From assembly GCF_000142905.1 (NCBI RefSeq), contig NW_013657672.1, positions 562,437-609,142 on the forward strand: a stretch of DNA of 46,706 nucleotides. Reading direction: 5' to 3'. Position numbers and translations under genes: made by a program. The notes below the pieces were generated by a model, which was not told the origin of the DNA, ran no database searches, and saw nothing but the letters and a program-made list of their open reading frames with translations. Positions 40,447 to 46,706 of the stretch are shown piece after piece (positions within the stretch are counted from its first letter, which is position 1; every line of letters begins with the position of its first letter). Source of the stretch: Thecamonas trahens ATCC 50062 (lineage: Eukaryota > Protista > Apusomonadida).

Positions 40447-40825
40447 GGATAGCTGTGGTGTGGAAGTGGAGTGTCTGCTGCAATCGACTGCAACTGTTGT
40501 GGGTGGAGCTGCTGTTCGCCTGCCTGTTCCGTGAATGGTGTTGTGACCGTGGGAGCGTGCGTGGGTTGGTGGCAGCGATGTGATGATGAGAGCAGCGGCG
40601 ATGAGCGTGGGTATCGGGGCTGGGACTGGACATGGCAGCAGGGATGGTGTTTGAGGGCGTGACGAGGAGGCGCGGCGTGTGTGTGAGGCTGGCGAGCAAA
40701 AGGACAGCATCTGTAGCTCAACTCAAGGCAGACTCGTACTCTTGCTCTCGCTCGTCGCTACAGGCAGAGACACAAGCACCTCACGCAGACAGCCAAGGTT
40801 GTGGAGACGGAACATCTTGCTTGTC

Positions 40826-42616
40826 ATGGTGAGCAGGAGGCGAGTGCTGGTGGTAGTGCTCGGGGCAACTGTCTTTGCTATCGGCGTCGTCCAGTTGCTG
40901 GCCAGCTCGTGGGTGCTCGGCAACCCGCGGCATGTCCACGTACACGTGGCGGGCAAGCACGACCGGAGAAGCCTGGAGGCGACAGAGACAGAGCGGAAAG
41001 AGGCTCTGGCAAGGCTGCAGCACGGGCTGGAACGGGAAGGGCATGTCCATGCGCAACATCACAGTGAGGCGAGCGACGACATTGGAACCGACAAGCCGAG
41101 CGGCGCTAAGGCCGACGGCCGTCGTGTCCATGGCAACCATCCGGTAGCAGGCCTGGACGATGCCGGCGAAGATGTCCACGACTTGCTGGCGAACCGGTTT
41201 CGAGGCGCGTTTTCGCCACTTGTCACCCACGAGATTCATGACTGCGTCGACGCCGCCATCGGGTGGGACCACTATCGCTCCCGCATGGCCGAGGCTGTTG
41301 AGGTCTGCTCCGGGCCGACCACCATCAAGTGTGCCACATTTCCCAAGCACAGCGCTTGGTTCCAGGAGGACAGGGCGTACTTTTGCTGGGCGACCAACCT
41401 GGTCGAGTATCCCGACCGACAGGCCGTCGAGGTGCCCAGTCCGTACATGCGTCGCTACGCCGCACACTGCGTGCGAAAGAGCAAGCCGCACACCGTGTTT
41501 TGGAACGAGATGAAGGGATACGACGACTTGCTGGGACTCTCCAAGTCGCTGGTCGGTGTTTTCCCACTGGACTCACTGCCTGAAACCGATGCGCGTGCTG
41601 CAGACGCACCTGCGCTTACCATCATTGTCCGCGGTGATTGCACAACACGGAACCCTGGTCACTGCATCGCCGACCCACACAACGCTCACATTGTCCAAGA
41701 CCTTCTCGGCATTTCACCGCTCAACACCTCGGTGCTCCTCGTCACTGGATTTGGCCCCGAGTCGGTCTCCGAGTCCTGGCTCGCGCTCGGCAGGCACTCG
41801 CTCTACTCTGACCCATATGATCTTCCACGCGCCCCGGCCGACACGCCCCCACGCATACTCCCGCTGGTGGCGTTTACGCCGCTCCCGCTGTACGGCCCAC
41901 ATTGGCAAGGCTACCGGGGTGCATCGTCCGAGTGCCGCGGCGTCTCGTCGGTCCTTGTCTCGTACGCGGAAAAGGTGTTCCCGTTTCTCGACGCTCACGT
42001 CACGCTTGAGATCCCGTCGCTCATCTCGGCAGCGACCGGCGACTTTGACATCTGCGGCATGATGATGGAGCGCAAAATCTGTGAAGTTGGCCGGTGCTTT
42101 GCTGACGGCACAGAGGTTGCCGCGTTCCCGAAAGACTCGGCTGCGTGTCGCCACGCCGCCCATCGCGGGCTCATCATCTATGCTCGGCGTGCCCGCTACC
42201 GGCTCCTCGCCAACGTGGACGATGTACTCTCGCTGCTTGCCGAGCGCTATCCAGAGCATGTCACTGTGGCGGTCGATTTCGGACATCTATCGTCTGACGT
42301 GCAGTACGCGCTGCTGCGGTCGGCCGTGGTGGTGATGGGCGTACACGGCGGCGCGATGTGGGGCGCACTCAATGTCCTCCGCCGCGGGCAGAACGTTGTA
42401 GAGATTATGCCAGTTCTTGGCCCAGGCGAGTCGTGCACGCTGGCCAACCTCGTTGGCGTCCGCTACTTTACGGTGGCATGCAGTGAGTGTCGTCCGGACA
42501 ACAACCACATCGGGAATATCAACCTCTCGGACTTTGCCATCCAGATCGACCGGGCGCTGAACGAGGAGCGTCTGCATGACAGCGGGCTCTCGCCAGAAGA
42601 GTGCAAAGCTTTATGA
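40826..42616 (+). CDS. Type II membrane glycosyltransferase, GT61/DUF563-like
   Basis: N-terminal signal anchor. C-terminal R..R.L.N, VVMGVHGGAM and VVEIMP motifs characteristic of GT61 (EOGT/POMGNT2-like). Confidence 0.75.
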   Translation: MVSRRRVLVVVLGATVFAIGVVQLLASSWVLGNPRHVHVHVAGKHDRRSLEATETERKEALARLQHGLEREGHVHAQHHSEASDDIGTDKPSGAKADGRRVHGNHPVAGLDDAGEDVHDLLANRFRGAFSPLVTHEIHDCVDAAIGWDHYRSRMAEAVEVCSGPTTIKCATFPKHSAWFQEDRAYFCWATNLVEYPDRQAVEVPSPYMRRYAAHCVRKSKPHTVFWNEMKGYDDLLGLSKSLVGVFPLDSLPETDARAADAPALTIIVRGDCTTRNPGHCIADPHNAHIVQDLLGISPLNTSVLLVTGFGPESVSESWLALGRHSLYSDPYDLPRAPADTPPRILPLVAFTPLPLYGPHWQGYRGASSECRGVSSVLVSYAEKVFPFLDAHVTLEIPSLISAATGDFDICGMMMERKICEVGRCFADGTEVAAFPKDSAACRHAAHRGLIIYARRARYRLLANVDDVLSLLAERYPEHVTVAVDFGHLSSDVQYALLRSAVVVMGVHGGAMWGALNVLRRGQNVVEIMPVLGPGESCTLANLVGVRYFTVACSECRPDNNHIGNINLSDFAIQIDRALNEERLHDSGLSPEECKAL

Positions 42617-42635
42617 TGTGAGTATTCTCTCAGTA

Positions 42636-44075
42636 TTAGAGAAAGGCCGACATGTCGTCCTGCGCCATGCGCGCGGTCGCCTTCTTCTTCTTCTTGCGCT
42701 TCCGCTTGCCGGCGGCAGACGACGGCGGCGGAGCAGCTGCAGCTGTTGCCGCGGCCGCGACATCACCTGGGACCACGAGACCAGCGCGAGCGAGAGCACC
42801 AGCGAGCCACGGTGGTGGAGCGCCCTCATATGTCTCGCCGACAGCATCCTCGCCCAGAAAGTCGATGACCTCGCCGATCTCGCGGTGGCGAGCCTGCTTG
42901 TGGGCCCATCCTGACTCGAGCTCCTTGGCATCGTTGGACCACTTGCGGTGAAAGATGCGCTTTCCGCACGCCGGGCATGGCTTGCCATCGCTGTTGAATG
43001 GCGGCGAGTTGAGAAAGACGTCGAGACAGCCGTAGTGGTAAAAGTGACCGCAGTACACGCGCTCGACCTGCAGCGCTTTGGACGTCACCTTCCCGAGCTC
43101 TGTCGGATCGGCCGGGAACACGGGCTCCTCGCAGCACTGGCACGGCTGGGTAGGGTAGTTGGCAACCGATGACATCAGGTACTGAGCCACCTCCAGCAGT
43201 GAGCGCCGCGGCTCGACAGTCTTGCTCGGCTCGGGCGTCGACGCGGCAGCTTCGGCAGCCTCGAGGTCGGCCAACAGCCTGCGGGTCTTGCCCAGAATTC
43301 GGCGGCCACCGCGCTCGGCAAAAGTCGACCCAGCATACGACGATCTGGTCTTGGTCGTTGACAGCCGCTGCAGCGGCCCGGAAACAGCCAGACGCGCCAG
43401 CTCCTTGGCGTGAGCGGCAAACATGGCCTCGTACTGCGGGGTAAAGTTTGAGCGTGTGATCTCCAGTTCGACAGGGCTTGCCGGATACTGGTTGTCAATG
43501 GTGAGCTCAGCAGTGAGCTTGTACTTGCCTTGAGCGAGAACGAGTTTGACCTTGCCCTGGGCCTCGTACAGCTTGATCTTCTTCGACAGTGTCTCCTCGC
43601 CGTCGCCGCCGTCGGAGCGCAGTGCTACCAACTCATCCCAGGCTGCGATCAGTAGATTCTGCACCATAAAGCCCTTGAGCTTGTCGTAGACCGGGACCAC
43701 CTGGCACATCGCAACATGGGCAGCAGCTTCGGCTTCGCACAGGTTCTTCAGTTTGGCTACCAAGCTCTGTGGCAGCGCCTTGGACTTGAGAATGACCACC
43801 ACCGGTGAGGCCGGATAGCCGGGAGGGAACTGGATCTGTAGCGTCACTTCTTTGTACGGAGTGATGCTACCGGTGGATCTACATGTGAGTAGGCGCGGGG
43901 GCATACTAGGAGGAGAGGCCGAGCTGAGGCAGGCGGCATGGGGCGCTTACCATAGTCTGACGAGCACGAGCTCACGGACACACGAGACGAGCTCGTCGTC
44001 GGGGATGTGGTCGCGGGCACGGGCGAGCTCTTTGAGCACCATCCGCTCGCGCTCGCTTGACACGTCACTTGCCAT
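42636..44075 (-). CDS. RWD-domain + RING-H2 putative E3 ubiquitin ligase (451 aa, 2 exons)
   Basis: Two RWD/UBC-like YP motifs (FPPGYPASP, NQYPASP) and CQCC...CGHFYHYGC...CPAC. Exons 43951-44075 and 42636-43866 sum to 1356 nt. Confidence 0.75.
43867..43950 (-). other. 84-nt spliceosomal intron
   Basis: GTAAGC donor, CTCAC branch-like motif, TAG acceptor. Splicing restores the frame. Confidence 0.75.
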
Positions 44076-44290
44076 GGGTAACAAGAAGGCAGAGAGGAAG
44101 GGAGAGAGATATAGTGTGTGCGTGTGTGCGTGCGTGTGTATGTGAGGGAGAGAGCAGTAGTCGGACTGTGTCGCGTTTGAAGTCGTGCTGGCAGTTTCCG
44201 AGTGGAATGGGCAGCCCCCGTCCCCGGGGTGCCTTGCCGCGAGTCGGAGGAGGTTGCAGCAAAACGGCTCTCTGTTGTTACGGAGAACAT

Positions 44291-44770
44291 ATGGCTGACG
44301 AGGTCATTGAACGCTTCCCGTACTTGCTCAACGTAATTGTGCTCGGGCCCGTTGCTGGTACGCTGTGGACCGGCTCGGCCAAACATGTGCTGTTCGAGGG
44401 GAAAGTCGAGGGCTGGTCGCCAGAGGTGGCTCGTGTGGCGGCGTGTACCATCGTCGGCATGATTGTTGTCTCGCTTGTCGGGCTGGTGGAACCAAAGCGG
44501 TGCATGGCGCTGCCAGCTGTGCAAGCTGTGGCGTACATGGTGTATCTCGGCGGAGTGACACTGCCGCGCATCGCAGCTGAAGGACTGGACTCAGTCGGGC
44601 GTCCGATCGCCGGGCTCTTCAGCTTTATGGCTCTGGCGTATGTCATGTGGATTGTGTTCATGGCCGTCGAAGATAGTGATGGAGAGCAGGGTGTGCCACC
44701 AACGCTGCTCCGCAGGCGCATGATCGCCAGGGCCAAGCCCAAGACCGATACGAAGATCAAGGCACAGTAG
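44291..44770 (+). CDS. Small multi-pass (about 4 TM) membrane protein, 159 aa; last evident gene before the telomere
   Basis: ATG at 44291, four hydrophobic segments and a basic tail. Confidence 0.65.
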   Translation: MADEVIERFPYLLNVIVLGPVAGTLWTGSAKHVLFEGKVEGWSPEVARVAACTIVGMIVVSLVGLVEPKRCMALPAVQAVAYMVYLGGVTLPRIAAEGLDSVGRPIAGLFSFMALAYVMWIVFMAVEDSDGEQGVPPTLLRRRMIARAKPKTDTKIKAQ

Positions 44771-45489
44771 CGAGTTGTGATGTTCTCGAACGGCAAAATG
44801 AGGAAGTGCTCAACCACCAAACAAGTCGCCGCGGAAGTGAGCAGAGGTTGATGACTATGAATGATGACGATATTGGTACTAGTGCTGGTGTGGGGTTAGG
44901 GATGGCCGGGAGTGTGGTCGCGGGTTGCATTTTTAGTGGTGGGTGGGAGCTAGGTGGTGATGAAGGTGGGCTGATCGGGCGAGCGGGTGGCGGCTGGCGG
45001 CTGGTGGTCGGCGAGGCGGGGGCAGCTGAGGGGGCTGGGTCGGGACTGGGTGGCTCGAGATTGCTGTTGGTTGAACGATGGGCAGCATGACTGGTGATGG
45101 TTGAGGGATGGCGGTATCACAGTCGGGGATGCGGATAGGGGTGAGGTAGAGCGGGGAGAGGAGGAGGACGAGGAGGAAGAGGAAGCGGGATGCGCGATGG
45201 GATGGTGGTGGGCATGGCCATGGCAAAGGGGCTGGGGGTTGTGGCTGGGATGATAGTGATGGTGGTGGAGTAGGGGGTGAGGGTAGTGGTTGGTGGTGAT
45301 TGGGCGTAATAAGTGTGGTAGGGGGGATGAGGGGGGTCGTGAGGTGATTGGCGTGGCGGGCGGAATGGTGGTGGGTATGGCGATTGGGCTTGCGGATGCA
45401 TGTGGGTGAGTATGATGAGGCTAATGGGTGTGTGTGGGGTGTGGGCGATAGGGGCGGCGGGTACTTAGCCGGCAGAGGGAAGGCGGCGG

Positions 45490-46460
45490 ACGTTAATTGA
45501 GTTGAACATTGAATTGATTGAAGAAAAGCTTGAACCAGCATCAAACGAGGCAATGACGTCCACACCAACAACCAAAGATCATACATGGCTCGCACTGCAC
45601 ACATATGAGTAAGCCAACAGGGACTGGACAAAGCTAGCAGGCAATGGGATGGACTCGGGTGACGTTGAGGTCGATGAGGCAGGGCGCGGTTGATCGTTCA
45701 GATCTGCAGATCAACCATGACCACGACACAACAGGGTCAACACAAAATACATAACATGCAAAACTATTGACCATGACTGACGACAAGAAAGATGAGAAAC
45801 GATACTGTAGTGAGCAAGGCCCGATGGTGGATGTGGAAGTCAAGGTCGATGAAAACAAGGGAGTCAAGAGCAAATGAAGCATGAAGAATAATGATACAAA
45901 GCAACAACAAGAGCAAAGGCAATGATCAATGAGAATGCATGTCGATTGTAGTCAACCATCACAGGCAAAAACAACCAAAACAGAACATGAAGGCAGACAA
46001 TAGCAACAACAAAGCATGTGAAAACATGAACGCCAAAGAGCAAGGAACATGGTCAGCCAACAAGAACAGAAACAGAGACAATCGAATAATCAATTGACAA
46101 TAATCAATGACAATCAATTGAACATCAAACAATCGAACGAGTGACGAGTGGCGAATCATGAAAATGTTGAATGACATTCATGTCACCCACCAACCCGCAC
46201 ATGCGACTCAGACGAACGAGTAACACCGGCAAGTGTCAATGGGGGGATGGGGATTGTGAATCACCATCAAAGAATCAATTCAGGCCCATGAACAGCCATG
46301 TGCATAGTGGGATGGAGGATGAGTATGGTGGGATGGGTGGGACTGTGGATGTGGGTCATAGAAAGGATGAGTACGGGTGGCAAGGGGCTAGTGAGTGGCA
46401 AGTAGAGTGAGTGGTGGTCGGTGGGGAGAAATGGGGTGGGACTAGGGTTGATGAGGCATC
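45490..46460. other. Subtelomeric non-coding DNA, lower in GC and strongly A/purine-biased on the + strand
   Basis: CAA/GAA/ATGA-rich low-complexity sequence that grades into G-rich sequence. Confidence 0.7.
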
Positions 46461-46463
46461 AGC

Positions 46464-46706
46464 TAGGGTTAGGGTTAGGGTTAGGGTTAGGGTTAGGGTT
46501 AGGGTTAGGGTTAGGGTTAGGAGGTAGGTAGGTAGGTAGGTAGTTAGGGTTAGGGTTAGGGTTAGGGTTAGGGTTAGGGAATAGGGTTAGGGTTAGGGTT
46601 AGGGTTAGGGTTAGGGTTAGGGTTAGGGTTAGGGTTAGGGTTAGGGTTAGGGTGCATTAGGGTTAGGGTTAGGGTTAGGGTTAGGGTAGGATCCCATAGG
46701 TTAGGG
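46464..46706 (+). repeat. Telomeric repeat (TTAGGG)n with variant units
   Basis: Tandem TTAGGG with the G-strand running 5'->3' to the end of the window. Confidence 0.98.

Noticed and set aside
45634-46410. Hydrophobic short ORFs in the subtelomere
   Set aside because: A by-product of the A-rich strand bias, with non-coding-like composition.
1-46706. tRNA, rRNA or transposon genes
   Set aside because: None recognisable by eye. tRNAscan-SE and Infernal would be needed to exclude small RNAs.

Overview
This is the last ~47 kb of a chromosome arm from a GC-rich, gene-dense, intron-poor flagellated eukaryote, ending in a (TTAGGG)n telomere. Its composition and gene content resemble an apusomonad such as Thecamonas, but that is an inference. 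Left to right: scrambled duplicate fragments and one intact copy of a Cys-type LRR gene around IFT57; a FAM173-family methyltransferase overlapped antisense by an EF-hand/WD40 gene; two inverted ~1,900-aa paralogous receptor-like proteins (FG-GAP repeats, Pmp-like beta-helix, Cys-rich region, multi-TM) flanking a bacterial-type alpha-2-macroglobulin with an intact thioester motif; a PAS hybrid histidine kinase; SPT16; a GT61 glycosyltransferase; an RWD/RING gene; and two small membrane proteins. The strongest hidden signal is that the two receptors and the kinase are broken by 8 frameshifts, all -1 (one base missing, mostly in short homopolymers), with no premature stops in the reconstructed frames. 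Systematic homopolymer under-calling is the null explanation. Programmed slippage or insertional editing cannot be excluded from sequence alone.
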